64,000 bases of DNA from Octopus vulgaris (taxonomy: Eukaryota): NCBI GenBank assembly GCA_951406725.2, contig OX597824.1, positions 86,552,001 to 86,616,000 of the forward strand, read 5' to 3'. This document shows positions 13,872-28,200 of this stretch, piece by piece. Position 1 is the stretch's first letter. Every line of letters starts with the position of its first letter. The notes below the pieces were generated by a model. That model made no database searches, was not told where the DNA came from, and worked only from the letters and a program-made list of their open reading frames with translations. A program made the translations under genes and the position numbers.

Positions 13872-16800
13872 AAAATAAGTCAAAATAGAAAATGCTAAAA
13901 TAATTTTATAAAGAACACTTCAGTACCGGTTTCGGTCATTTTGAGACCTTTTCAACTGTAATGATTAAATAATCAAATTTAGAAAAATTAAAAGAAATGT
14001 TTTTTTAAAGGAATATTCGTATAGTGTTCAAATATAAGTGGCATTTTCCTTGTTTCAGCCTTGCTCTGTCTCTCTTGTTCACACTTGTGGCATATATATA
14101 TATATATATATGCGCACACATGTATCATAAAACCATGTACAATCAATATAGCATTCCTGTTATATTAGATAACATGAAAATTATTAAGCATAGAAGTGTT
14201 ATTAATGCTTGAGCATTCTGATTACTCTATCAAATGTAATGCTTATTCATTCACATTGTTTTGAATTTGCCAGAACGCCGGACTGGCTCCTGTGCCCGTA
14301 GCATGTAAAAAGCACCATCCGATCGTGGCCGATGCCAGTGCCGTCTGACTGGCTCCCGTGCCGGTGGCACACAAAAAGCACCCGCTACACACTTGGGGTG
14401 GTTGGCATTAGGAAGGGCATCCAGCTGTAGAATCATTGCCAGAGCAGATTGGAGCCTGGTGCGGCCTCCTGGCTTGCCAGACCACAGTCAAACCGTCCAA
14501 CCCTTGCCAGCATGGAAAACAAACAAACGATGATGATGACTGTAGGACAGGTGTGAGAAGCTAGATCCAGTTTGTTTGAACATAAAAGATGGAATATCTG
14601 ATTCAGATAAAATGCTAATCCAGCCAAAATATTCCACCTTTTTCTTTTACTTGTTTCAGGCATTTGACTGCGACCATGCTGGAGCATCGCCTTTAGTCGA
14701 GCAAATCAACCCCAGGACTTATTCTTTGTAAGCCCAGTACTTATTCTATCTGTCTCTTTTGCCAAACCGCTAAGTGACGGGGACATAAACACACCAGCAT
14801 CGGTTGTCAAGCAATGCTAGGGGGACAAACACAGACACACAAACACATACACACACATACATATATATATGACAGGCTTCTTTCAGTTTCCATCTACCAA
14901 ATCCACTCACAAGGCATTGGTCGGCCCGGGGCTATAGCAGAAGACACTTGCCCAAGATGCCATGCAGTGGGACTGAACCCGGAACCATGTGGTTGGTTAG
15001 CAAGCTACTTACCACACAGCCACTCCTGCTTTCAAACCAACCAGATCCTCCCACTCACATCTACCCCCACACTGCCATCACATCATCAAAACCTCAAAAC
15101 TACAAAATACTAATGCAGGACAAATTCAAAACAATATGACTATATAATCATTACATTTGACAGAGTAATCAGAGTAATCAGTGCTAAAGGGTTAAAAAGT
15201 TAATTAAATGAAGAAGAGTTGTTATTTTTTAATATAGCTGTTAATAAACAAGCCATACATAAACATAAGAAATATTTGTTAAAGTATTGTTAAAGACTGT
15301 TAAATAATTTTGAAGAATAGAAGCTGAGATACAGAGGGAAGACAAGTATAACGAGATTTTTTTTAATGAAATAATTAAAACATGCTTTCCAAAATAACAA
15401 TGATAAAGTATATAGTATTACCAACATTTTTTATAAGGGCAAGGATAATTTTTTTTTTCTCAGTTGAAAACTTTAAAAGTTCTAAAACTTATTATTATTA
15501 TTAAGGGCACATGACATGGCTTAGTGTGAACTAATTTCAATTCCTAGACCAGGTGGTGCATTGTGTTCTTAAGCAAGACACTTCACTTCACATTGCTCTG
15601 CAATCATTTTGACACTTGACGTGTGGTACACAGTGCACCTGTTCAAACAACATTGATTTGATTGAGAGTGCAGCATGATTTGATTGAGAGTGCAGCATGA
15701 ACATTTGGTCACTATAAACAAATCATTTGTGCAGGTCATTCGGCAAAAGCCGAACGCTCATACATCGTCTTTACGGGAGAATCCGTCATTATTAATAACA
15801 ACACAAGAAATGCAGAGAAAATAGACGCTGTCAAATGCCATTGGGGATACATAGAAGTAGTTGATAGCTTTCATTATCTAGCTGTGGAGGTGGATGCTCT
15901 GAGAGCATAGCTGCTAGAATAAGAATAGGCTGGGCAAATTTGAGAGAGCTTCTACCTTTGTTGGTAACAAAGGGCCTCTCTCTCAGAGTGAAAGGCAGAT
16001 TGTATGATGCCTGTTTGCAAACAACCATGTTACATGGCAGTGAAGGGCTGTGACTGCAGAGGACATGCAAAGGCTTGAAAGAAATATAACTAGTACGTTT
16101 CACTGGATGTGCAATGTCAGTGTCCAGGTACAACAGCGTAGAAGCACCTTGAGAGAAAAATTGGGCAAAGCGGCATCAGAAAGTGATGTGCAAGGGAGAC
16201 AACTGCGCTAGTATGGTCATGTGATGCATATGTACGAGGACAGTTGCATAAAGAAGTGCTGATCGCCAACCATGTGGGGAACCTGGGGAAGAGGTAGACC
16301 CAGGAGGACTTGGGACAAGGTGGTGAAGTATGATCAGATTTTGAGATTCCACGAGGCACTGACAAGTGATCAAGACCTTTGGTGATTTGCTGTGCTGGAG
16401 AAGACTCATCAAGCCAAGTGAAATTGTAGTTGTGGCCAGTGCCAGTGACACATAAAAGCAATCATGCTGGTCACATGTAGGAGCAATCATGCTGGTCACA
16501 TGTAGGAGCACTCATGCCAGTGACACATATAAGGCATCCATGACACTCATGGAGTGGTTGACGTTAGGAAAGGGCAAGGAAACCAAACCAAATTCAGACT
16601 GCAATCTGGTGCAGCTCTCCAGGTTACTAGTTCCAGCCAAACCGTGTAACCCATGCCAGCATGGAAAGAAGATGCTAAATGATGATGATTATTATTGTAA
16701 TGCTAGCACTATGACCTGGTGTTGCCGGGTCATAGTGCTAGCACATACATATACAGCTGTGTGCGTGCGCACATACATGCGAGTACTGTCCAAATCTCCG

Positions 16801-19800
16801 GCCAATCACATACAGCTAGCTGGCATTCAATTGGCGTATCAAGTTTCGGGCATTTTGATTGGGTTTTGGATAGAAAATTCACAAAAAAAGTCACTTCTAT
16901 TGATTTTTTAATGGTTTTGCGGGGTGACTGGGTAAATGTAAAGATGTGCACGACCACCCTTGGACGGTTTTGAATGACCATAGAAAGTGCGAGCCCTCTA
17001 ACTGAAAAATTGTGGATTTGTATAAAGGACACACACACAAACAGACATTTTGCCGTTTATATATATAGAGATGACTTTTTATAGAATGATTATGAAACAC
17101 AGATATTTGTATTCCAATCACAATGGAAAAATTTATCTTGAACAAAGTAAGATAATTAATGATATTTTAAATAATAGTCCTCTCTGTAAAGTGGTTTGCA
17201 TCAGGGTGGGCATCCAGCTGTAAAAATCATGCCAAAAGAGACAGTGGAGCTTGGTGCAAGCTCCTATCAAACCATCCAGACCAATACCAGCATTGGAGAT
17301 GGACATTAAATCATAATGATGATGATGATATTTGTTTGTTTTACAATGTGGAGGCACATGGCCTAGTGGCTAAGGTGTCAAACTGGCAATTGTAAAATCA
17401 CAGTTTCATTTTCCAGATCAGGCAGTGTTGTGTTCCCTCTCTCTCTCTCTCTTTCAGAGAGGCACTGAGCAGCTATACGCACACATACACACACGGCAGG
17501 AACTTCCGCCTACCGAATTCAATCACAAAGCTTCGGTCGGCTCGGGGCTATAGTGGAATACACCTACCCAAAGTGCCACCCAGTGGGACTGAACCCGAAA
17601 CCATGTAACTAGGAAGCAAGCTCCCTAACCACACAGCCATGCCCCGTGAGTGAAAGGCATCATTTCATGTTGCTCCTGTCCACTCTACTATAAACGAACC
17701 CCAGTAATAGCTGGGGAGTTAAAACTGCAAGGGACAAGCCTCCTGTTCAGTGAGTAGTGCTGTAATCTCACTCGAGTCACTTAAAATGCCATTGAAACTG
17801 GATTAAGCCTCAGCTTTAACCCCTTCAGTCACTTTGGACAAATTTTCAGCATACATTACAAAAAAAATATAAATTATAATTAAGCTAAGTCACAGTGACC
17901 AATAGGTTGGACACCTCTAAAATGCATATATAACCAAGATCACAAGATTCTCATCCAGAGTTTGCTCACAAGTCATAGAGGATGGTTGTGTCTTCTCGTA
18001 AATCTCAGAGATGTTAAGTAAACTGGTTTTTACCACTTGGTGTTAACTAAATTTTTTTTATTTATCCATGACAAACAAATTAAACATACTGAATACTGAA
18101 TGCTTTAAAATGTAATCAATATGTGTTATTTACCTGTATTTTGGTATAAATAAAAAATTAAAATTAAAAATTAGTTTTATTTTTTTTATCCATGACTAAA
18201 GGGGTTAAGATTCCTAGGTCTCATGGAAAAAAATACTTTACAAATACAGAATCAATTGCTAAAGAATAGAATGTTGGGAAAAAATGTACCAGGAAATAAA
18301 ATACAATTGAAAAATAGAAGTTAAAAAGAAGGAGAAATAGACTTGTTCATAGTTAATATTTCAAAATTCAGAAATGACAGTTAACTATAAACATTGCAGT
18401 AGTATATAGCATTTGAAATGGAAATGTTTAAGGAAGAAACAGGATAGAAAATTGTGGTCAAAATATAGAAATGTGAAGTAATTCATTATACTTCCATTTT
18501 TTTTCTCCCCCTATATATTGGATTGTCCGGAAAGTTTGTGCCGATTATTAAAGGAAAGGAAAAGGTCAATAAATACTTGCCATTACATTTTTAATCAAGC
18601 AAGTATGAACCATTTTGTTGCACAATGCATCTCCATCTTTCCTTTAACTTGAAAATACCCTCTTCCCAGAATTGAGGTGCCTGGGAGGGGTAAGTCGAAA
18701 GGTCAGCTACTATAAATTGGCACAAACTTTCTGGACAACCCAATATAAGATATTCACAATCTGTCTCAACAAATTCTGTCTGATCCAGGATGCAAGCATG
18801 ACAGAATGGGTTAGATGATGATGGTGGTGGCGATGATGATGATGGTGGTGGTAGTAATGATGATGGTGGTGGTGGTAGTGATGATGGTGGTGGTGGTAGT
18901 GATGATGATGGTGGTGGTAGTAATGATGATGGTGGTGGTGGTAGTAATGATGATGGTGGTGGTGGTAGTAATGATGATGGTGGTGGTAGTGATGATGATG
19001 GTGGTGGTAGTGATGATGATGGTGGTGGTAGTGATGATGATGGTGGTGGTAGTGATGATGATGGTGGTGGTAGTGATGATGATGGTGGTGGTAGTGATGA
19101 TGATGGTGGTGGCGATGATGATGATGGTGGTGGTAGTAATGATGATGGTGGTGGTAGTGATGATGATGGTGGTGGTAGTGATGATGATGGTGGTGGTAGT
19201 GATGATGATGGTGGTGGTAGTAATGATGATGGTGGTGGCGATGATGATGATGGTGGTGGTAGTAATGATGATGGTGGTGGTAGTAATGATGATGGTGGTG
19301 GTAGTGATGATGATGGTGGTGGTAGTGATGAAGATGGTGGTGGTAGTGATGATGATGGTGGTGGTAGTGATGATGATGGTGGTGGTGGCGATGATGGTGG
19401 TGGTGATGATGGTGGTGGTGGTGGCGATGATGGTGGTGGTGGTGGCGATGATGGTGGTGGTGGTGGCGATGATGGTGGTGGTGGCGATGATGGTGGTGGT
19501 GGGGTGGTGACGATGATGATGATGGTGGTGGTAATGATGGTGGTGGTGGTGATGATATGATGGTGGGGTGGTGGTGGTGACGATGGTGGTGGCGATGATG
19601 ATGGAGCTGATGATTCACTCAACTATACTTCAATACGCAGCCTGAATAGTTCTACGCAAGTAATGTCTTTCTTTAGGGGGTGGGGTATTTCTTTGATATA
19701 TGAGGAGCAGTTATGATTGCAGGTTCAAGAAGTTTGCTACCCAACCACATGGTGTCATGTCCAATCCAACTGCATGGCACCTCTGTGACCTGTCAGTGAC

Positions 19801-20313
19801 AAACTACTTTTTCATTTGGTGTCCAAGAAGGGCAATCCAGCCATAGAAACCACACTGAAGCAGAGAGCAGAAGTTGGTTTCTATCCTCCGATTCACCAGT
19901 TCCTATCAACCCATCCAAGCATGGAAAGCAGATGTCATACAGTGATGACGATGTGATGATAATTTCAGTGCTATCCAAATTAGAATGTAGAGTCGACAAG
20001 ATGTGAGAAACAAGCAGAATCTGATATTTGAGAAGTTGTGATTAATTCGGTTATTATATTGTTGAATTTCTACAGAAAACTAAGCAAATATTTCTAAAAT
20101 AAAATATACTCTTTTACTTCTTTCGGTCATTTGACTGCGGCCATGCTGGAGCACCGCCTTTAATCGAGCAACTCGACCCCGGGACATATTCTTTTGTAAG
20201 CCCAGTACTTATTCTATCGGTCACTTTTGCCAAACTGCTAAGTTATGGGGACATAAACACACCAGCATCGGTTGTCAAGCAATGCTAGGGGGACAGACAC
20301 ACAAACACACACA

Positions 20314-20353
<40 letters not shown>

Positions 20354-23300
20354 TACGACAGGCTTCTTTCAGTTTCCGTCTACCAAATCCATTCACAAGG
20401 ATTTGGTCAGCCCAAGGCTATAGTAGAAGACACTTGCCCAAAGTTCCACGCAATGGGACTGAACCCAGAACCATGTGCTTGGTAAACAAGCTACTTACCA
20501 CACAGCCTCCTGCGACTATATATAACATATTCTTTTATTTTTTACTTGTTTTAGTCATTTGACAGTAGCCATGCTGGGGCACTGCCTTGAGGAGTTTTTT
20601 AGCCAAACAAATTGACCCCAGGAATTATTTTTTTAAGCGTAGTACTTATTCTATTGGTCTGTTTTGCTGAACTGCTAAGTTACAGGGACATAGAAACATC
20701 AACAACGGTTCTCAAGTGATGATTGTCAAGCACAGACACAAATAAACACACACACTTAAATATACATATATATATACAAGGGGCTTCTTTCGGTTTCCAT
20801 CTACCAAATCTACTCACAGGGCTTTAGTCGGCCTGAGGTTATACTAGAATGACACCTGCTCAAAGTGCCACTCTGTGGGACTGAAACCAGTACTATGAGG
20901 TTGAGAAGCAAGCTTCTTACCACACAGCCACGCATATTTTAGAATAGCAACTTTTCAAGATCCAAATGTTGCTTCATGGTTTAAGCAGTTTTATATACAC
21001 ACACACACACACACACAATTTGAACTCAGAACATAAAGACAGAGAAAATACTGCTAACAACTCTGCTACCTCACCACCCTATAAGAACAGATTAATATTA
21101 TGAGATTTATTGAAATTTCATTCCAAAGATAAATTCGTTTTAGAAATAATTTAAAATTTGTATAAAAGTATTTAAAAGGGTTTTACATACATATTTATAC
21201 ATACATACATAGTTATATATAAATAGTATAATAAATATTACACACACATATATGTATATATATAAATATTATAATAAATATTATATACACATATATGTAT
21301 GTATATATATATATATGTATGTATATATATATATATAAATACTATAATAAATATTATATATATATGTATATAAACACACAAATACATACACACAGAGGAA
21401 GAGAGAGAAATTGTTATAAAGTTTCAGGAGAAAGGACTGAAATAATAGTTCTTGGGGAGGATAAGAAAACAAGGTGTTTGTTCATAGAGAAAGGGATGAT
21501 GATCATCAGAATCAACCACTTACCCTATACCCTCCTTTAATAATCCAAGTATGGAGCTGGGAATTCTTCAAGAAATAAAGATATTTAAGATAAGGTTTTT
21601 TTTTAAATCCTTTTTGTTTTTGGAGGGGGTGTTTTTGTAATTTCTTTTCTTTGTCACCGAAAGAAATTGTTTACTCGTAAAATGACAATTTTCTTCAAAA
21701 TAAAATAATCCTTCCATGTCCATTAGAATGAAATAACACAAATAATTGGTTAAAATAACAACAATAAATGATACGAAATTTAAATGCTGGTCAGTTTTGA
21801 TGTCTTTCCTAAGGCCAAATCAAAAATGAAAAGTAGTGAATTTATATTCAAAAGAATAAACGTCTTAGTCGTGGGAGGATTGCTGGTGTGAGAGCTAGTT
21901 ATTAGTTACGGAATAAAATGATTTGGTGGCGATGGTGCCACATAAAAAGCACCCAGTACACTCTGTAAAGTGGTTGGTGTTAGGAAGGGCATCCAGCTGT
22001 AGAAACCATGCCACAAGAGACAATTGGACCCTGGACTGCTCCGCGGCTGGCCTTCTCCAGTCAAACTGTTCCTAGTATGGGAAACAAACATATGATGATG
22101 ATGCTGTTTGGACATTGATGAATTGGCACAGCAGACCGGACATTCAACTAGTTTTGGCAACCGTACTTTTATATGCTAGAAGCAAAAGCCATACATGTGC
22201 AGAAATATGTACAAATAGATAGAAAGAGATAGAGACGGAAGGAAGGAGTGAATGAGAGAAACATTAAATTGTCTCGTGTCAAATAAGTTAGTGTCAAATC
22301 AACAATGCCAAAACAGCTGTGCCAAAACGTCTCAAACCCTGTTAGCTAAGATTTCAAAATGTGATTGATCAATTTTTTTTCAGAATCTTATAAATTCTCA
22401 AATTGTATTAAAGATAGAGAAAACTGTAAATCTTTTAAATAAAAAAACATGCACCAAATATTAAAGAGTCAACTTACTCGTGGCAATGTTGGGATAAGTT
22501 CTAAAATGTAATTCTCTAGATCCTGCAGAAAAATACAAATGCAAAATTAATGTTAATTTTGTGGTTTCTTTGAAATCTTATTCTATAAATAGAGGAAAGT
22601 GATGAAAGCCACTTAATCCAAAACATTGAGAAAAGAAAAAGCAAGTAAAAAGCACCATCCGATCGTGGCCGTTGCCAGCCTCGCCTGGCCTCCGTGCTGG
22701 TGGCACATAAAAAGCACCATCCGATCGTGGCCGTATGCCAGCTTCGACTGGCATCTGGGCTGGTGGCACGTAATAAGCACCCATTACACTCACAGAGTGG
22801 TTGGCGTTAGGAAGGGCATCCCGCCTTAGAAACATTGCCAGATCAGACTGGGCCTGGTGCAGCCTTCTGGCTTCCCAGACCCCCGGTCGAACCGTCCAAC
22901 CCATACTAGCATGGAAAACGGACGTTAAACGATGACGGCAACATCTTTCAAATCCTTCAAACTTAATTATATATAGGCGCAGGAGTGGCTGTGTGGTAAG
23001 TAGCTTGTTTACCAACCAAATGGTTCCGGGTTCAGTGCCACTGCGTGGCACCTTGGGCAAGTGTCTTCTACTATAGCCTCGGGCCGACCAAAGCCTTGTG
23101 AGTGGATTTGGTAGATGGAAACTGAAAGATACCCGTCGTATATATGTATATATGTATGTATATATATATGTATATATATATATATATGCGTGTGTGTGTT
23201 TGTCCCCCTAGCATTGCTTGACAACCGATGCTGGTGTGTTTATGTCCCCGTTACTTAGCGGTTCGGCAAAAGAGAGACCGATAGAATAAGTACTGGGCTT

Positions 23301-23931
23301 ACAAAAGAATAAGTCCCGGGGTTGAGTTGCTCAATTAAAGGCGGTGCTCCAGCATGGCCACAGTCAAATGACTGAAACAAGTAAAAGAGTAAAAAGAGAA
23401 AAGGGTATTCTCATAAGTAGCCTTCTGTTAAACATATACAATTCCATTTTGCTCTCTCTCTCCCATTTTTATTATCACATACACATTTTCTGGCATCATA
23501 CAAATCCAAAGACAAAAGCTTACCGTTTCTTTCAAATAACCAAGCCCAGTAACATCATATAAAGATAATCCAATTCTTGTTTGATGCAACCAAACTTTTC
23601 GCATCACATAATTAAAAAACTGCATAATAGGTATTCTTCCATAATTCTCATTCTGATATAATTTTCCAAAAATAGTAGCAGTAAAGAAAGATCTGAATAA
23701 AATAAAAATAAAAACTGCTTCAGACTACAAAAAAATACAGCTAATAAGTTTATTTCATGTCAAAATTTAATATTTTCTGATTATCTAAGTACAATTTTCC
23801 ATGTATTATCAGGTATAAAAGCATTTTTAATACATATATATATATATATAAATAATAATAATATGAGGGAATATTATTCCAAACTTACAGGGAAAAATTC
23901 AATTTAGAACTACTAAATCAAATTTCACAAA

Positions 23932-23973
<42 letters not shown>

Positions 23974-25108
23974 TTACGGAGATGTACTTGCATAGCAACT
24001 GATTTGATCTGAGATCGTGTGCTGGAACGAAAACAATTGCAGTGTGGAAGGTGTTTGTAAGCCATTTAAGAAACACACAAAAGCCGTTCGATTCACTTCA
24101 ACATTTAAGTTTAATTTGTCAAGATATTTTCGTCGCTTTAAGACCGCGACCTGTTCACTGACAAAAATCCGTGCTGCAGCTTAATGTTGAAGTGAATCGA
24201 ACGGCTTTCAAACACCTTCCACTCTGCAATTGTTTTCGTTCCAGCACACAATCTCAGATCGAATCACTGGCTATGCAAGTACATCTTCGTAATATTTATA
24301 TATATATTTTATATTTTGTGAAATTTGATTTAGTATTTCTAAATTGAATTTTTCCCTGTAAGTTTGGAATAATATTCCCTCATATTAAATTACACCATCT
24401 AGAAAATTACATATTATAGAAAGATTAAATATAAGATAAAAAATATAACGATGATTATGTGCAATATATATATATATATATATATATTATGCCATATGTA
24501 AACAAACAAGTTTGTTTTTGAAGCATTGAAATGTATTGTAGAACAAGTAGAAAGATTAATTTTTTTTTGCAACACATAAATACTGAACAGTGTATATAAA
24601 GGATAAAATCCTTTATATATAGCGTTCAGTATTTAGAGGTTGAAAAAAAATTTTATGTCATGTATATATATATATATATAAGGAGGTGCTGAAAATTTCT
24701 GGTTTTAAGGGTATTGTGAAAGGCCTGCTTGGAGGCCCAACTTTTCAAGTTATTTCACAGGGCAAGACAAACAAGTGAAAAAAACCCCCTAAAGCAGTAG
24801 AGGCTAAAATTTTATTTTAAAGGGTTTTTTTTTTGATGGGTGGGTCAAAAATGGAATCTCCATTGTCAAAAAGATTCCAAAGGAAAAAGAAAAAGGATGG
24901 GGATGTAGGTTCAACACCTCTACCATGACAACAATTTATCAAAAATATTAAAATATACTTATGAAAACTCAATTACATTAATCAAATACAAATACATAGA
25001 TAATCGTAAGAGTGGCTGTGGTAAGTAGCTTGTTTACCAACCACATTGTTCTGGGTTCAATCCCACTGCGGATTTGGTAGACAGAAACTGAAAGAAGGCC
25101 GTCATATA

Positions 25109-25191
<83 letters not shown>

Positions 25192-25208
25192 ATATATATA
25201 TATGTGTG

Positions 25209-25242
<34 letters not shown>

Positions 25243-28200
25243 ATGTGTGAGTGTGTGTGTGTGTCTCCACCAACATCGCTTGACAACCGATGCTGGTGTG
25301 TTTACGTCCCCGTAACTTAGCGGTTCGGCATAAGAGAGACCGATAGAATAAGTACTAGGCTTACAAGGAATAAGTCAAGGGGTCGATTTGCTTGACTAAA
25401 GGCGGTGCTCCAGCATGGCCACAGTCAAATGACTGAAACGAGTAAAAGAGTAAAAAGAGTAATCATGTAACCATACTTGCACTTGCTCCCTGCTTGTTCA
25501 GCCACTTTAAGAAAGTCATGATAATTTATCATCTGTTCGTCAGCAACAAGAGGTGGAGTGTGATGTTTGTCAAGTAGAAACCATAAATGCTACAAAGAGA
25601 TGAAATCTGTTTTACACAAAAGCTATCGGTGTATTTTTTAAAAAAATAAATTATTTAAAGTTACATCATCATCATCGTTTAGCGTCCGCTTTCCATGCTA
25701 GCATGGGTTGGACGGTTCAACTGGGGTCTGGGAAGCCAGAAGGCTGCACCAGGCCCAGTCTGATCTGGCAATGTTTCTACGGCTGGATGCCCTTCCTAAC
25801 GCCAACCACTCCGTGAGTGTAGTGGGTGCTTTTTACATGCTACCAGCACAGGTGCCAGATGAGTCTGGCAAACGGCCACGATCGGATGGTGCTTTTTATG
25901 TGCCACCGGCACGGGGGCCAGGCGAGGCTGGCAACGGCCACGAACGGATGGTGCTTTTTACGTACCACCAGCATGAGGCCAGTCGGGGCGGCGCTGGCAA
26001 CGGCCACGTTCGGATGGTTCTCTTACGTACCACCGGCACTGGTAACTCAGCTGCAATTTCCATTGATCGATTTCGATTCTGATTCTCACTTGCCTCAACA
26101 GGTCTTCACAAGTAGAGTTTTGTGTCCCAAGAAGGGAAGGTATGCATAAGTGGGCTGGCTACATCCCATGTAGAAGGCCAGACAAAATTCACAACTACAC
26201 CGTCCTGTATTCTATGCTTTCATACCTCAAAGGTATAAACAGATTTGAAGGAGAAATCCAAATTAGTGAAATTTCGTGTCCATCCTGCTGGGTAGTTGGT
26301 GTTAGGAAGGGTATCCAGCTGTAGAAACCATACCAAAAGTCTGGTGCAGGCTCCTGTCTAGCCAGCTTCTATCAAACCGTCTAACCCATGCCAGTATGGA
26401 AAGCAGATGTTAAACGATGATGTGTGTTTATAGCTAAAAGAATATTAATGCATTAAGGCGACGAGCTGACAGAAACGTTAGCACGCTGGGCAAAATGCTT
26501 AGCGACATTTCGCCTGCCGCTACGTTCTGAGTTCAAATTCCGCCGAGGTCGACTTTGACTTTCGTCCATTCGGGGTGGATAAATTAAGTACCAGTTACGC
26601 ACTGGGGTTGATGTAATCGACTTAATCCATTTGTCTGTCCTTGTTTGTCCCCTCTATGTCTAGCCCCTTGTGGACAACAAAGAAATAAGACTATTAATGC
26701 ATGTGAAAATATAAATAGGAATCATCATCATCAACATTGTTTAACGTCCATCTTCAATACATGCATCGGTGGGTAGAACAGTTCACAGGAGCTGGCCAGG
26801 TAGAAAAACTACCCTATGTTACTCTGTTTGGCAGGGTTTTTTCACAACTGGATGCCCTTCCTAACACCAACCACTCTGCAGAGTGGACTTGGTGTTTTTT
26901 ATGTGGCACTAGCACAGGCAAGGTCAGTTTTGGTATGATTTTTACAGCTGGATGACCTTCCAAATGTCTACCACTTTACAGTTTGGACTGGATGCTTTTT
27001 ACATGGCACTAGCACTGGTAGGGTCACCAAGTAACTCATAAGACAAGACAAGGAATTATGAGAGGGGCAAGGGCATTTGAGGAGGGGACTCGTGTCAGAG
27101 GATGAAAGGTTAGAGGGTGACAAAGAGACAGAAACAGGTAGATGATAAGGAGGAGGAGGACATATAGCTTGGAGAACAACTGGAAGTTCCTGCAGGACAA
27201 TTTACTGAGTGCTGCTGACCAAATTTGCAGTTGGTGCAAAGTCCCAGCTAGGTCAAGTGTACTGTACGAGAGAAGCAAATCATGGAAGCAAATTAATTTA
27301 CTGCTGCATGTTTACCACAAGCGTTTGATGTAAATTGTACAAGGTGATATTTCAAACCAATGATAAATAGATACCAGATCAGAACAAAATCATCCCAGTC
27401 TGAACCAACTTAAGTGTTAAGAATAGAGAATTAGAGCTGAAGAGAGACACATTTGTATACTGGTGGCACATGAAAAGCACCATCCGAACATGGCCGATGC
27501 CAGCGCTGCCTTGACTGGCTTCCGTGCCGGTAGCACGTTAAAGGCACCAACCGATCGTGGCCGATGCCAGACTCCCCTGGCACCTGTGCCGGTGGCATGT
27601 AAAAAGCACCCACTACACTCGCGAAGTGGTTGGCATTAGGAAGGGCATCCAGCTGTAGAAACACTGCCAGATCAGACTGGAGCCTGGTGCAGCCCCTGGC
27701 TTCCCAGACCCCGGTCGAACCGTCCAACCCGTGCTAGCGCGGAAAACTGACGTTAAACGATGATGATGATGAATCACCATCATTATCAATTGACATTCAT
27801 TTTCCATACTGGCATGGGCCGGATGGTTTGACAGGATCTAGCAAACTGCAGGGTTGCATTGTGCTTCGGTTTCCACAGCTGGATGCTTTTTCCAGAACCA
27901 ACCATTTTACAGTGTGTACTGGGTGCTTTTTCTGTGCCACTGACACTAATGAAGTTACCAATTAACTTGCAAGACAGGAAAGAACAAGAAATACATTTGA
28001 AAATGTAAAAGATAACCATAATTTTTAAATGATATATTACCTGCAGTTCTTCATTTCCAAGTAAAACACGGCTTCTTCTTTGCAAAAATAAGGCCCTAAC
28101 AAGAAAAAGAAGAATGAACAGAAACAGAATTTTTTCTTTAATTCTAAAATAAAGTGGTGTATTAAATATTTTATTAAAAATTGTTAATACATGACAGTAA

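Noticed and set aside
18591-19622. 343-aa Pro/Ser, 302-aa His and 231-aa Met/Val ORFs resembling extensin or His-rich proteins
   Set aside because: All three are readings of the same trinucleotide array, and the Pro/Ser and His ORFs run into a mariner remnant; no independent sign of coding.
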